Part shown: one piece after another, positions 9,642 to 19,475 of the stretch
How the letters are laid out: the number at the start of each line of letters is the position of its first letter
Position numbering within the stretch: position 1 is the first letter of the stretch
DNA from: a virus
Virus record (IMG/VR): IMGVR_UViG_3300032246_003079
Length of the DNA: 64,000 nt
Direction: 5' to 3' (one strand)
Position numbers and translations under genes: made by a program
Notes under the pieces: generated by a model
What the model was told of the DNA's origin: nothing
The model's input: only the letters and a program-made list of their open reading frames with translations
The model's database searches: none

Positions 9642-11417
9642 ATGTCACTTTCAAAAGAACAAATATTATTAGAATATGCTAAATGTGTAAATGATACACC
9701 ATACGCTCTAAAAACATATTTGCAAACTTACGACAACACACAATCAAAATACGTACCGCTAGAACTATTTAATGACCAAGTCACTTTGGTAAAAGACTAC
9801 GATACTGCTGAAGAAAATATAGCACTCAAATATCGACAAGCGGGTGTATCAACAGTAACATCTGCATGGGCATCAAAAAGATTAGTTTTTGCAAAAAAAT
9901 CAAAACCTGAAAAAATTCTAATTATTGCAAACAAACTTGATACTGCCGTTGAAATGGCAAACAAAGTTCGTTCATTTGTTGAGCAATGGCCTAACTGGTT
10001 GGGTGTTGGATTTTCTTCTGAAAAAAATGCAGCAAGACATTTTAAATTAACAAATGGTTGTGAAGTTAAGGCGGTTGCAACCTCAAAAGATGCTCTTCGT
10101 GGGTATACACCAACTATTCTTATTTTTGATGAGGCGGCATACATTGATGCTGATGAAGATTTTTGGTCAGCGTGTATGGCATCCCTTTCAACAGGGGGTA
10201 AAGTAATTGTTATTTCAACACCCAACGGGTTTGACCCAATTTACTACTCAATTTATGCTCAGGCGATAAAAGGAATGAATGACTTCAAAATTACTGAGAT
10301 GTTTTGGTTTAGAGACCCTAGATATTCCAAAGACTTAAAACTAATAAAGGTTGATGATATAATACATTACATGTTAAATAGAACTGACTATAAGGACAAT
10401 GAAATAACTATCGATTATTCAAATATAAAAGTATCAGACAGAGATTTTGAGGATATTAAACAAAAAATTGAAAACGGTTACAAACCATACTCGTCGTGGT
10501 TTGAATCGATGTCAAAAAAATTGAAATTTGATAAACGTAAAATATCACAAGAGTTAGAATGTAACTTTTTAGGGTCAGGGGATAATGTTATTCCTCCTGA
10601 AACTATGAAAAAAATAAAAGAAAACCATATTAGAGAACCTGAAAACAAATTTATGGGTGGTGTTCTTTGGCAATGGAAAGAACCGATTGTTGGTCACAGA
10701 TATATTATGGGAATGGACGTTTCGAGAGGGGACAGTGAAGATTTTACAACTTTTATTATAATTGATTTTGATGAAAGAGAACAAGTCTTAGAATATATTG
10801 CAAAAGTTCCACCTGATATTGTAGCGGAAATAGCATATAAGTGGGCAATAATGTATAACGCATTTATTGTAACCGATATTACAGGTGGTATGGGTGTTGC
10901 CACTTCCAGAAAACTTCAAGAACTTGGATATAAAAATTTGTATGTTGATGGTGTAAATCCTGCAGACAAATGGAAATGGGGCCCAAAACAAGAAGATAAA
11001 ATACCAGGAATAAATTTTAACTCAAAACGAGTTTTAATTGTCCAAGCGTTTGAAGAAGCTTTAAGGTTTGGGTTCGCAGTTAAGTCCCAAAGACTTTTTA
11101 ACGAATTAAATACTTTTGTTTATGTGAACGGAAGACCTGACCACCAAAAAGGCCAACACGACGATTTAATTATGGCAATGGCTATGGCGATTTATGTTGG
11201 GGAGTCATCTTTTTCTAAATTGGAAAAATCAACAGAACAAGCAAAAGCAATGATAGAATCTTGGACAACGGACAAAACTATGTTCAAAGATTCTTCACAA
11301 AATTTTAATCCTTCAATTCCGGTTCAAAATGATATGTATAATAATAGACCATATACTGGACCAACTAAAAGTGACTATGAAAATTATTCTTGGTTATTTG
11401 GAGGAAGAAGAGTTTAG
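9642..11417 (+). CDS. terL: Terminase large subunit (T4 gp17-like)
   Basis: KYRQAGVST, LIFDEAA Walker B, ISTPNG, nuclease GMDVSRG and HDDLIMA. Confidence 0.95.
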   Translation: MSLSKEQILLEYAKCVNDTPYALKTYLQTYDNTQSKYVPLELFNDQVTLVKDYDTAEENIALKYRQAGVSTVTSAWASKRLVFAKKSKPEKILIIANKLDTAVEMANKVRSFVEQWPNWLGVGFSSEKNAARHFKLTNGCEVKAVATSKDALRGYTPTILIFDEAAYIDADEDFWSACMASLSTGGKVIVISTPNGFDPIYYSIYAQAIKGMNDFKITEMFWFRDPRYSKDLKLIKVDDIIHYMLNRTDYKDNEITIDYSNIKVSDRDFEDIKQKIENGYKPYSSWFESMSKKLKFDKRKISQELECNFLGSGDNVIPPETMKKIKENHIREPENKFMGGVLWQWKEPIVGHRYIMGMDVSRGDSEDFTTFIIIDFDEREQVLEYIAKVPPDIVAEIAYKWAIMYNAFIVTDITGGMGVATSRKLQELGYKNLYVDGVNPADKWKWGPKQEDKIPGINFNSKRVLIVQAFEEALRFGFAVKSQRLFNELNTFVYVNGRPDHQKGQHDDLIMAMAMAIYVGESSFSKLEKSTEQAKAMIESWTTDKTMFKDSSQNFNPSIPVQNDMYNNRPYTGPTKSDYENYSWLFGGRRV

Positions 11418-11450
11418 AATATTATAAAATGAACTATTTTAAAAAATAAA

Positions 11451-13277
11451 ATGGCAGAAGAAAAATATACAGTTTGGCAAAGATTAGGTAGAGTTTTTGG
11501 ACCTAATTCAACAATTGACCAACAATCACCGGTTTTTAAATTCGATAAAAAAGAATTATTAAAAACACCAAACAAACAAGAATTTGAAAAAGAAAAACTT
11601 CAAGCTCAGCAGACCATGTATATTGGTCAGCAATGGCAAAAAGTAGAAAGTAATCTTTATCAACAGGCGGTTTATTATGAACCAACAAGAATGGCATCAT
11701 ATTATGATTATGAATCCATGGAATATACTCCCGAAATTTCAGCAGCATTAGACATTTATGCTGAAGAGTCGACAACACCCGATAAAGACGGACACATTTT
11801 ACAAATTTATTCTGAATCAAAAAGAATTAAATCAGTTTTAACCGATTTATTTAATAACAAATTGGATATAAATACAAACTTACCAATGTGGATTAGAAAC
11901 ACTTGTAAGTTTGGTGATAATTTTGTTTATTTAAAATTAGACCCTGAAAGAGGAGTTGTAGGTTGCCAACAATTACCTAATATCCAAATAGAAAGATTAG
12001 AAAAAGGAATGAAATTCCAACCTGAAAAATATTCAGCAGAAATTGAAAATGACGCTCTTAAATTCACATGGAAAGAAAAAAACATGGAATTTAACACATG
12101 GGAGATAGGTCACTTTAGAATATTAGGCGATGATAGAAAATTACCATATGGTACATCAATGTTAGAAAAAGCTCGTCGTATTTGGAAACAATTACTTTTA
12201 TCTGAAGATGCGATGTTAATTTACCGAGTATCAAGAGCACCTGAAAGACGGGTTTTTAAAGTATTTGTGGGTAATATGGATGACAAAGATGTTGATGCTT
12301 ATGTACAAAGAGTTGCTAATAAATTCAAAAGAGACCAAATTGTAGACCATAAAACAGGAAATGTTGACATGAGATACAATCAAATGGCAGTTGACCAAGA
12401 TTATTTTATCCCTGTTAGAGACCCTGCGGCTACTAATCCTATTGAGACATTAGATGGGGCTAAAAACTTAGCAGAAATCGCGGATATTGAATATATCCAA
12501 AAGAAACTTGTTACAGCATTAAGAATCCCTAAAGCGTATTTAGGATTTGAAGAGGCTGTTGGTGATGGTAAAAATTTATCACTATTAGATATTAGATTTG
12601 CTAGAACAATTAATAGGATTCAAAAATCTATGATTGCAGAACTAAATAAAATTGCAATCATTCATTTGTTTCTTTTAGGGTTCGAAGATGAATTAACCAA
12701 TTTTACACTTGGATTAACCAACCCATCAAAACAATCTGATTTATTAGGTATAGAATTATGGAAAGAAAAAATAACATTATTTAAAGATGCGGTTGCACCA
12801 ATTCAAGATAGTGTTGCCCCTGTATCAGCATCATGGGCCAAAAAACATATTCTTGGATTTTCTGATGATGAAATTAGACTTGATTTACAACAACAAAGAA
12901 TTGAAAGAGCAGTATCTGCAGAACTTGGTAAAACGGCAGAAGTTATTACTAAAACGGGATTATTTGATACTCTTGATTCACTTTATAGTAAAAAAGACGC
13001 CGCCGCAGGTGGAGCACCTACTGAAGGAGGAGCAGCACCTGAAGGTGGAGGAATGCCTCCTGAAGAAGGAGGAATGCCTCCTGAAGCTGGAGGTGGGGCA
13101 CCACCGCCGCCACCCGCAGAAGGTGGGGGAGTAACTCCTGAAAATTTTAATAGAAATGATTTAAATTTAATTTTGGAAAACACTCTTTTTGATAGAGATA
13201 ATACATTAGATTTATCAAAAGGTAGATTATCTATCAATGAAATTGATGACAAAATAAATAAATTATTAAACAAGTAA
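11451..13277 (+). CDS. Portal protein (T4 gp20-like)
   Basis: EDAMLIYRVSRAPERRVF, QDYFIP, IETLDGAKNL, ALRIPKAYL motifs; follows TerL. Confidence 0.93.
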   Translation: MAEEKYTVWQRLGRVFGPNSTIDQQSPVFKFDKKELLKTPNKQEFEKEKLQAQQTMYIGQQWQKVESNLYQQAVYYEPTRMASYYDYESMEYTPEISAALDIYAEESTTPDKDGHILQIYSESKRIKSVLTDLFNNKLDINTNLPMWIRNTCKFGDNFVYLKLDPERGVVGCQQLPNIQIERLEKGMKFQPEKYSAEIENDALKFTWKEKNMEFNTWEIGHFRILGDDRKLPYGTSMLEKARRIWKQLLLSEDAMLIYRVSRAPERRVFKVFVGNMDDKDVDAYVQRVANKFKRDQIVDHKTGNVDMRYNQMAVDQDYFIPVRDPAATNPIETLDGAKNLAEIADIEYIQKKLVTALRIPKAYLGFEEAVGDGKNLSLLDIRFARTINRIQKSMIAELNKIAIIHLFLLGFEDELTNFTLGLTNPSKQSDLLGIELWKEKITLFKDAVAPIQDSVAPVSASWAKKHILGFSDDEIRLDLQQQRIERAVSAELGKTAEVITKTGLFDTLDSLYSKKDAAAGGAPTEGGAAPEGGGMPPEEGGMPPEAGGGAPPPPPAEGGGVTPENFNRNDLNLILENTLFDRDNTLDLSKGRLSINEIDDKINKLLNK

Positions 13278-13299
13278 GTATTTATCTAAAAAAATAGAT

Positions 13300-14037
13300 A
13301 TGGCAACTTTTGGTGAAATAAAAACTAAAATAGACGAAACTTTCATTAACTTATATGGTAAGGATGAGTTTAAATTTTTCAGCAATCAATTCAAAAAGAT
13401 TGTTTTGGAAAATAAAGACATTGCGGAGCTTTATTATATCTATAATGATTTGACAGAAAATAAAGGTATACCTGTAGACTTAGTTAATGACTATATTAAT
13501 GAGTCTGTAGAATACTCACAAATTTTAGTTGAAAATAATAATAAAGAATTAAGTAGAATTAATTCATGGATTAATAGTATCGATTTACATGGGGATGTAA
13601 AAAATATTTACGAAACAATCGATAATGTGATTTATAACAATTCTATTAAAAATCTTGAAAATATTTTAGAATCAAAAAAACAAATATCTAATATTATATC
13701 TACACCTAAAAAAGAAGTAACCATTAAAGAATCTATCAATTTACCTTTAGAGACTATGTTGAAAGTTGCAAACTCAAAACTTAATGATGAAATTACTAAT
13801 TTGTCAGAAAGTGAAAAAAATGATATTAAAGAAATAGTTTCTTTATCTAAAACTGAGTTAGAAAACAGAATGGAAAACTTAAAGGAATGTATTATTGAAA
13901 ACTTAAAAATGAAAATAAACGAGTCTAATGAAAGTGATTTGAAAAATACAATTGAAAAAACTGTAAACAAAATACAAAACTCACCTGTTGATTTTTACAA
14001 TTACTATAAGTTAAGACAACTTCAAGAAGGTTTATAA
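13300..14037 (+). CDS. Putative prohead core protein
   Basis: Helical, nine or more (I/L/V)xE sites, between portal and protease like T4 gp67/gp68. Confidence 0.45.
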   Translation: MATFGEIKTKIDETFINLYGKDEFKFFSNQFKKIVLENKDIAELYYIYNDLTENKGIPVDLVNDYINESVEYSQILVENNNKELSRINSWINSIDLHGDVKNIYETIDNVIYNNSIKNLENILESKKQISNIISTPKKEVTIKESINLPLETMLKVANSKLNDEITNLSESEKNDIKEIVSLSKTELENRMENLKECIIENLKMKINESNESDLKNTIEKTVNKIQNSPVDFYNYYKLRQLQEGL

Positions 14038-14285
14038 TGAAATTTTTTAAAAACATGATGGAAGGGGCAAACGGTGGTATATCCTCTAAAAGATTTATTG
14101 GTTTATTATGTGCCATTTCTTTAATAATATCTTTATTTGTTTCTTTATTTACTTGTGGAAGATATGAGGCTCCTGAAATTTTAATACAAACAATTGGATT
14201 ATTAGCATTTGGGACTTTAGGGTTGACATCCGTAGATTTCTTTACCAACAAAAAAAAAGAGAATAAAAATCAAGAAGAAAACTGA
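14037..14285 (+). CDS. Small two-TM membrane protein (holin-like)
   Basis: SSKRF followed by two hydrophobic segments and a charged tail. Confidence 0.5.
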   Translation: MKFFKNMMEGANGGISSKRFIGLLCAISLIISLFVSLFTCGRYEAPEILIQTIGLLAFGTLGLTSVDFFTNKKKENKNQEEN

Positions 14286-14461
14286 TTTTTAATTTTTTGC
14301 ATATAAACCGCCTTTATTCTTTTCTTTCTTAACTTAACAGACTTTTTTTCAAACTCTTTTCCGTCTCTTAAATGTTCAAGTTGTTTTGTTTTGTATACCT
14401 TGAGTTTATATTGTTTCAATGATTGTTCAATATTATTTTTTTTAACTTCGATAATAATCAT
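14270..14461 (-). CDS. rpsU: Phage-encoded 30S ribosomal protein bS21
   Basis: 63-aa basic protein; IE.SLK.YK.K, LR..KEFEKKSV, KAVY match the Bacteroidota bS21 pattern. Confidence 0.88.
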   Translation of the reverse strand: MIIIEVKKNNIEQSLKQYKLKVYKTKQLEHLRDGKEFEKKSVKLRKKRIKAVYMQKIKNQFSS

Positions 14462-14565
14462 ATTTTTTTTCTTTTTTTAATATAAATATATTAATTTTTT
14501 TATGTTTTGACAAATTCTTTTGTAATTGTTATTATTAGAAAAAATAAACCTCTTACATATGAAAA

Positions 14566-15015
14566 ATGAAGAAAGGAAAAACATCAAAATTAAACATTTT
14601 TGATGATGCGAAATGTCAGTACGGAACGGTCGATTCTAAAAATTTCAAATCAATTTATTTAATTTTACAAACATGGGTCGAACCAAAAGACGATTACAGT
14701 AATTGGACATCAATTACAGGTAGTATAAAAAGACAAATTCTACACACACTATTAGAAGTTGTTGACCACAAAATTTTTGAAAAAAAGTGTATAGTTGACT
14801 TAGATTTAAGAACAAGTGGATTACAAAAAAATAAAAAAAGTTTTTTGAATTTAGAAATTACATTGTTTATTCACAACCAATCGTATGATTTCAAATCAAT
14901 TCTTTTAAGGTCAAAAATAAAAAATATTTTCCAATCAATATATGTGGATGATTTAAAAAAATCACTTTATTTCACATTAAGTAAAACTAAATCAGAACAA
15001 ATAGAAGAAATATAA
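14566..15015 (+). CDS. Hypothetical protein divergent from bS21
   Basis: 149-aa ORF. Confidence 0.7.
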   Translation: MKKGKTSKLNIFDDAKCQYGTVDSKNFKSIYLILQTWVEPKDDYSNWTSITGSIKRQILHTLLEVVDHKIFEKKCIVDLDLRTSGLQKNKKSFLNLEITLFIHNQSYDFKSILLRSKIKNIFQSIYVDDLKKSLYFTLSKTKSEQIEEI

Positions 15016-15035
15016 TATTTATTAATAAAAATATT

Positions 15036-15746
15036 ATGAAAATTTTAGGACCAAAAGACACGGGTAAAGGGATTCTAGTTGAATGGGATGCCGGTATTAT
15101 AAATCCAAATGAACCAAGAAACCAAAATTTGATTAGAGAATCTTATGGTCAGTTAGACCATTCTAAACCGTTTGTTTTTTACGCAACACTTCAAAAATGG
15201 GGAGTTCCAAATAGAAACGGTAGAGTATATCCTGAAAAAATATTAAAAAGAGAAGCTGAAAAATATCAAGATGTTATTAAAAAAGGAATGTCAATTTCTG
15301 AATTAAACCACCCTGAATCTTCTTTAGTAGATTTAGATAGGGTTTCTCATATTATAACTGAAACATGGTGGGAAGGAAATATATTGATGGGGAAAATTAA
15401 ATTATTAACAAGTCCAGGTTTTCACGAAAGAGGTATTGTAACATCTAAGGGTGATGTTGCTGCGAATCTTATGAGACAAGGAGTCACTATGGGAGTATCT
15501 TCTCGTGGGGTCGGGTCTTTAGTAAAAAAAGGAGACCAAAATGAGGTACAGGAGGATTTTGAATTAATTTGTTTTGACCTTGTATCATCGCCATCTACAC
15601 CAGGAGCTTATCTTTATTTGAATGCTGAAGATAGACCAAGATATGAAGAAAAATTGGCAGAACATGATAACGCTTCAGTTAGTGATAGTGGGTTAGAAAA
15701 ATCTGTTGACTTAATGAAAAGATTGTCCGATTATTTAGGAAAGTAA
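15036..15746 (+). CDS. Prohead core protease (T4 gp21-like)
   Basis: NRNGRVYP, ELNHP, VSH, GVSSRGVGS, FDLVSSPS motifs. Confidence 0.93.
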   Translation: MKILGPKDTGKGILVEWDAGIINPNEPRNQNLIRESYGQLDHSKPFVFYATLQKWGVPNRNGRVYPEKILKREAEKYQDVIKKGMSISELNHPESSLVDLDRVSHIITETWWEGNILMGKIKLLTSPGFHERGIVTSKGDVAANLMRQGVTMGVSSRGVGSLVKKGDQNEVQEDFELICFDLVSSPSTPGAYLYLNAEDRPRYEEKLAEHDNASVSDSGLEKSVDLMKRLSDYLGK

Positions 15747-15758
15747 AAAAATTAAATT

Positions 15759-15968
15759 ATGGACGAAAAGTATTTTGTAGCAAAAATCACAACTGATATG
15801 GTTGATGATAACACAGGTAAAATCAAAAAAATTAGAGAAGAAAAATTGGTTAAAGGTTTTTCACCAACAGACGTTGAAGCTAAAGTAACTAAAGCTTATG
15901 AAAGTTACTCAATGGATTGGAGAATCACTGCAATCGTTGAAAGTAAAATTGACGAAGTTATTGAATAA
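15759..15968 (+). CDS. Small protein, DUF4494-like
   Basis: YFVAKI....GKIKKIREEKLV...S.TDVEAKV pattern. Confidence 0.45.
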   Translation: MDEKYFVAKITTDMVDDNTGKIKKIREEKLVKGFSPTDVEAKVTKAYESYSMDWRITAIVESKIDEVIE

Positions 15969-15989
15969 AAAAATTCTTAACATTTTTAT

Positions 15990-16020
15990 AAAGGTCCCCA
16001 AAAGGGACCTTTTTTATTTT
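15990..16020 (+). terminator. Rho-independent terminator
   Basis: AAAGGTCCC-CAAAA-GGGACCTTT plus T tract. Confidence 0.85.
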
Positions 16021-16107
16021 TTAACGGTTTTTCATATAAAAAACAAACTTTTTGGAATATAGATATATTTATTATAAAAATAAACGCAAAATTATATGCT
16101 TTTTTAA

Positions 16108-17502
16108 ATGAGTAACAGAAAATCAGAATCGTTAGTAGAGGAGGCTTTATTACAAATGAAGACCATCGAAGAGGCGATTAGTGAAAATGCAAAAGGAATA
16201 CTTGCTTCAACCATGAAACAAGAAATCGGCGAATTAGTAAGAGAATCTATAATGGGTTCTAAAAAATCCTTAAAAGAACAAGCACAAGGTGGTGAACAAC
16301 CACAAGGTTCAGAAGAAGAAGGAGAAGGAGAAGAAATAGAAGTATCTGGTGAAGAGGAAGTGGAAGCACTACCAGCACCAAGTACTGATAATGGTATGGA
16401 AGGAGCTCCTGAAGGCCCAACTGAAGAACTACCTCCACTTGATATGACAAAATCACCAATGTCCGACGTTATGAAAGTTTTCAAAGCGATGGGAGATGAA
16501 GATGGTTTTATCATTCAAAAAGATGGTAATTATGTTCACTTGAAAGACGGTAAAGCAAATACCGAATATCTAATCAGTATGGAAGTTGACGAACCTGAAA
16601 TGCCTGCAGAACAACCTGTCGAAAACATGGCTGAAAATACAACATATGAGTTGGTTTTTGAAGACGATTCGATGGCGAATGAAATGGACTATAACGAAGA
16701 CATGAACATGGATGAAATGTATATGGATGAAACGTACATGGATGAAATGGACTATAACGAAGGTATGGGTCATATGAACATGGATGAAATGTATATGGAT
16801 GAAATGGACTATAACGAAGATATGGACATGGATGAAGAAGTTTATGAAATCGACCAAGAATCACTTGAAAATGTTGTTGAAGCGTTTAAAGCTAAAGGTA
16901 AAATTGGAAAACTTAAAACCAAGATTTATCCTTCAAAATTGAAACACGGTGTTACTGAAACAGACGAAGATGAAATTTCAGACGGATGGATGGACGAAGA
17001 GGAAGATGATGACGTTGAAGCAACTGAAGCCGCTAGAACTTATGGAAATGGTTCTAAAAAAGGTAGAGGTTTAAGAAAGGGAATCACACCAAACAGAAAT
17101 TTAACGTTTGAATCTCGTGAATTGGAATCTTTAAGAGAAAAAAATGAAGAGTATAGAAAAGCATTAGACTTTTTTAGAAATAAATTAAATGAAGTTGCAA
17201 TTTTCAATTCTAATTTGGCTTACGCCACTAGATTGTTTACAGAACACTCAACAACAAAACAAGAAAAAATCAACATCTTAAGAAGATTTGACACTGTTGA
17301 ATCTTTAAAAGAATCAAAATCACTTTACAGAACAATCAAAGAAGAAATTGGTGAATCACCAAACTCTATGATGAACGAATCTATTGCACAAAAAGTTGTT
17401 AAAACTCCAAGTAATGGTTCATCATCAAACTTGATTGAATCTAAAGCTTACGAAAATCCTCAATTTATGAGAATGAAGGATTTAATGAACAAAATAAAAT
17501 AA
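16108..17502 (+). CDS. Prohead scaffolding protein (gp22 position)
   Basis: Very acidic, coiled-coil C-terminus, directly upstream of the major capsid gene. Confidence 0.7.
   Translation: MSNRKSESLVEEALLQMKTIEEAISENAKGILASTMKQEIGELVRESIMGSKKSLKEQAQGGEQPQGSEEEGEGEEIEVSGEEEVEALPAPSTDNGMEGAPEGPTEELPPLDMTKSPMSDVMKVFKAMGDEDGFIIQKDGNYVHLKDGKANTEYLISMEVDEPEMPAEQPVENMAENTTYELVFEDDSMANEMDYNEDMNMDEMYMDETYMDEMDYNEGMGHMNMDEMYMDEMDYNEDMDMDEEVYEIDQESLENVVEAFKAKGKIGKLKTKIYPSKLKHGVTETDEDEISDGWMDEEEDDDVEATEAARTYGNGSKKGRGLRKGITPNRNLTFESRELESLREKNEEYRKALDFFRNKLNEVAIFNSNLAYATRLFTEHSTTKQEKINILRRFDTVESLKESKSLYRTIKEEIGESPNSMMNESIAQKVVKTPSNGSSSNLIESKAYENPQFMRMKDLMNKIK
16681..16839 (+). repeat. Imperfect coding repeat (EMDYNE / MDEMY)
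   Basis: GAAATGGACTATAACGAA x3 and ATGGATGAA units. Confidence 0.85.
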
Positions 17503-17529
17503 AAATAAACTCTAAAAAAAATTAAAAAA

Positions 17530-19401
17530 ATGGGAGCATTATTAGAATCAGGTCTTGTTGGTAACATCGGGTTAAAACACCTTAAAGTTATCAAAGAAGA
17601 TACAATTAACAAATGGGATAGATTAGGATTCCTAGACGGTCTTAAAGGACACATCAAAGAGAACATGGCACAGTTATATGAAAACCAAGCGTCTCACCTA
17701 ATTAACGAAGCTGCGTCTTCAGATAGTTCAGGTTCTTTCGAAACTGTAGTTTTCCCTATCGTTAGACGTGTATTCTCTAAATTATTGGCTAATGATTTAG
17801 TATCGGTACAAGCAATGAACTTACCTATCGGTAAATTGTTCTACTTTATCCCTAAAATCCAAGGATATTCTGGTGGTACTATTACAGATACTTTAGGAGT
17901 TGTTTCAGGTGACCATTATGCACCTGTCGGTTCACCAAATAATCCAGCCGGTAATACACAAGCAGGATACACAACAGGAACAGGTTCTTACAACTCAACT
18001 TACCAAAAAAATCTTTATGATTTATTTTATGAAGGTGCTGAGCCAGGATTAAATCCAGCGGGTTTATTTGATTACTCAAAAGGTCAATTTGTAACTGTAA
18101 CTGGTAGTACACCTACAGTTGCTTGGTCTAACGGAGCGTTAATTGCTTCAGCATATACAACAAGTACTAACTTAGAATACAGAAAAATCTTAGTTGCCTT
18201 ATCTGGATTTACAAATGCCGGTCTTGGAAAACTTATCGGTCCTGATGGTCAAGAAATTGATACAGAATCTTTCTTATCAAATCTTGTACTTTATACTGCC
18301 GATGCTACAGCAGCTTCAAACCTTGGTACATCTACTTTCACGCCACTACTTTATAGAGTTGTTACTCAAAAGTATGGTCAAGGAATTGTAGGACCTACTT
18401 CAACTTTAACACAAGCACCTTTTAACACATCAAGCACAGGAGGTAATGGTGGTTACTATGACAACGTTTGTTCTCAAACAGGATTTATCTACTTGGAAAT
18501 CGATGCTCAAGTACCTGTATGTGTTTCTTGTTCTAACGCAGCAACAATCGACGGATATTCAGGAGCAACTTTAACTGCATCTTCTTGGTCAGGTGCCGGT
18601 GCGAACACAGTTATTAAAGCGGCTTGGAGACGTTACCAAGAATTGGAATTTGAAGACAAAATTGGTGAGGTTTCTTTTGACCTTGAGTCAGTAACTGTAT
18701 CTGTTACAGAAAGAAAACTAAGAGCACAATGGTCTCCTGAATTAGCACAAGACGTTTCTGCATTCCATAACATTGATGCTGAAGCTGAATTAACAGCTTT
18801 ATTATCTGAGCAAGTGGCAGCAGAAATTGACCGTGAAATTCTTCGTGACTTACGTAAAGGGGCGGCTTGGAACTTACGTTGGGATTACAACGGATGGAGA
18901 AGATTATCTAACACAACTTCTTACACTCAAAAAGACTGGAACCAAACTTTGATTACAGCAATCAACCAATTGTCTGCACAAATCCACAAATCTACTTTGA
19001 GAGGTGGAGCAAACTGGATTGTTGTTTCTTCTGAGGTTTCTGCAATCTTTGATGATTTAGAATACTTCCACGTATCTAACGCATCTCCTGAGCAAGACCA
19101 ATACAACATGGGTATTGAAAGAGTTGGTACATTAGCAGGTCGTTACCAAGTATACCGTGACCCTTACTTCCCAGCAAACCAAGTATTGTTAGGACACAAA
19201 GGAACATCATTGTTAGATACAGGTTACGTTTACGCACCATATGTACCTCTACAATTAACACCTACAATGTACAACCCATTCAACTTTACACCTATTAAAG
19301 GTATTATGACAAGATACGCTAAGAAAATGGTTAATAACCGTTTCTACGGACGTATCACAGTTGATGGTGTTCGTTCATTCGACTTAAATGAATTGAGATA
19401 A
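17530..19401 (+). CDS. Major capsid protein (T4 gp23-like) with large S/T/G-rich insertion
   Basis: RKLRAQWSPELAQD, EIDREIL, YAPYVPL, GIMTRY motifs. Confidence 0.95.
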   Translation: MGALLESGLVGNIGLKHLKVIKEDTINKWDRLGFLDGLKGHIKENMAQLYENQASHLINEAASSDSSGSFETVVFPIVRRVFSKLLANDLVSVQAMNLPIGKLFYFIPKIQGYSGGTITDTLGVVSGDHYAPVGSPNNPAGNTQAGYTTGTGSYNSTYQKNLYDLFYEGAEPGLNPAGLFDYSKGQFVTVTGSTPTVAWSNGALIASAYTTSTNLEYRKILVALSGFTNAGLGKLIGPDGQEIDTESFLSNLVLYTADATAASNLGTSTFTPLLYRVVTQKYGQGIVGPTSTLTQAPFNTSSTGGNGGYYDNVCSQTGFIYLEIDAQVPVCVSCSNAATIDGYSGATLTASSWSGAGANTVIKAAWRRYQELEFEDKIGEVSFDLESVTVSVTERKLRAQWSPELAQDVSAFHNIDAEAELTALLSEQVAAEIDREILRDLRKGAAWNLRWDYNGWRRLSNTTSYTQKDWNQTLITAINQLSAQIHKSTLRGGANWIVVSSEVSAIFDDLEYFHVSNASPEQDQYNMGIERVGTLAGRYQVYRDPYFPANQVLLGHKGTSLLDTGYVYAPYVPLQLTPTMYNPFNFTPIKGIMTRYAKKMVNNRFYGRITVDGVRSFDLNELR

Positions 19402-19423
19402 TCAATTTAAAGGTTAATACAAG

Positions 19424-19455
19424 AAAAAGGTCAGATTTATCTGACCTTTTTTTTA
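19424..19455 (+). terminator. Rho-independent terminator after capsid gene
   Basis: AAAAAGGTCAGAT...ATCTGACCTTTTT. Confidence 0.85.
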
Positions 19456-19475
19456 TTAATCAAATATTTATTAAT

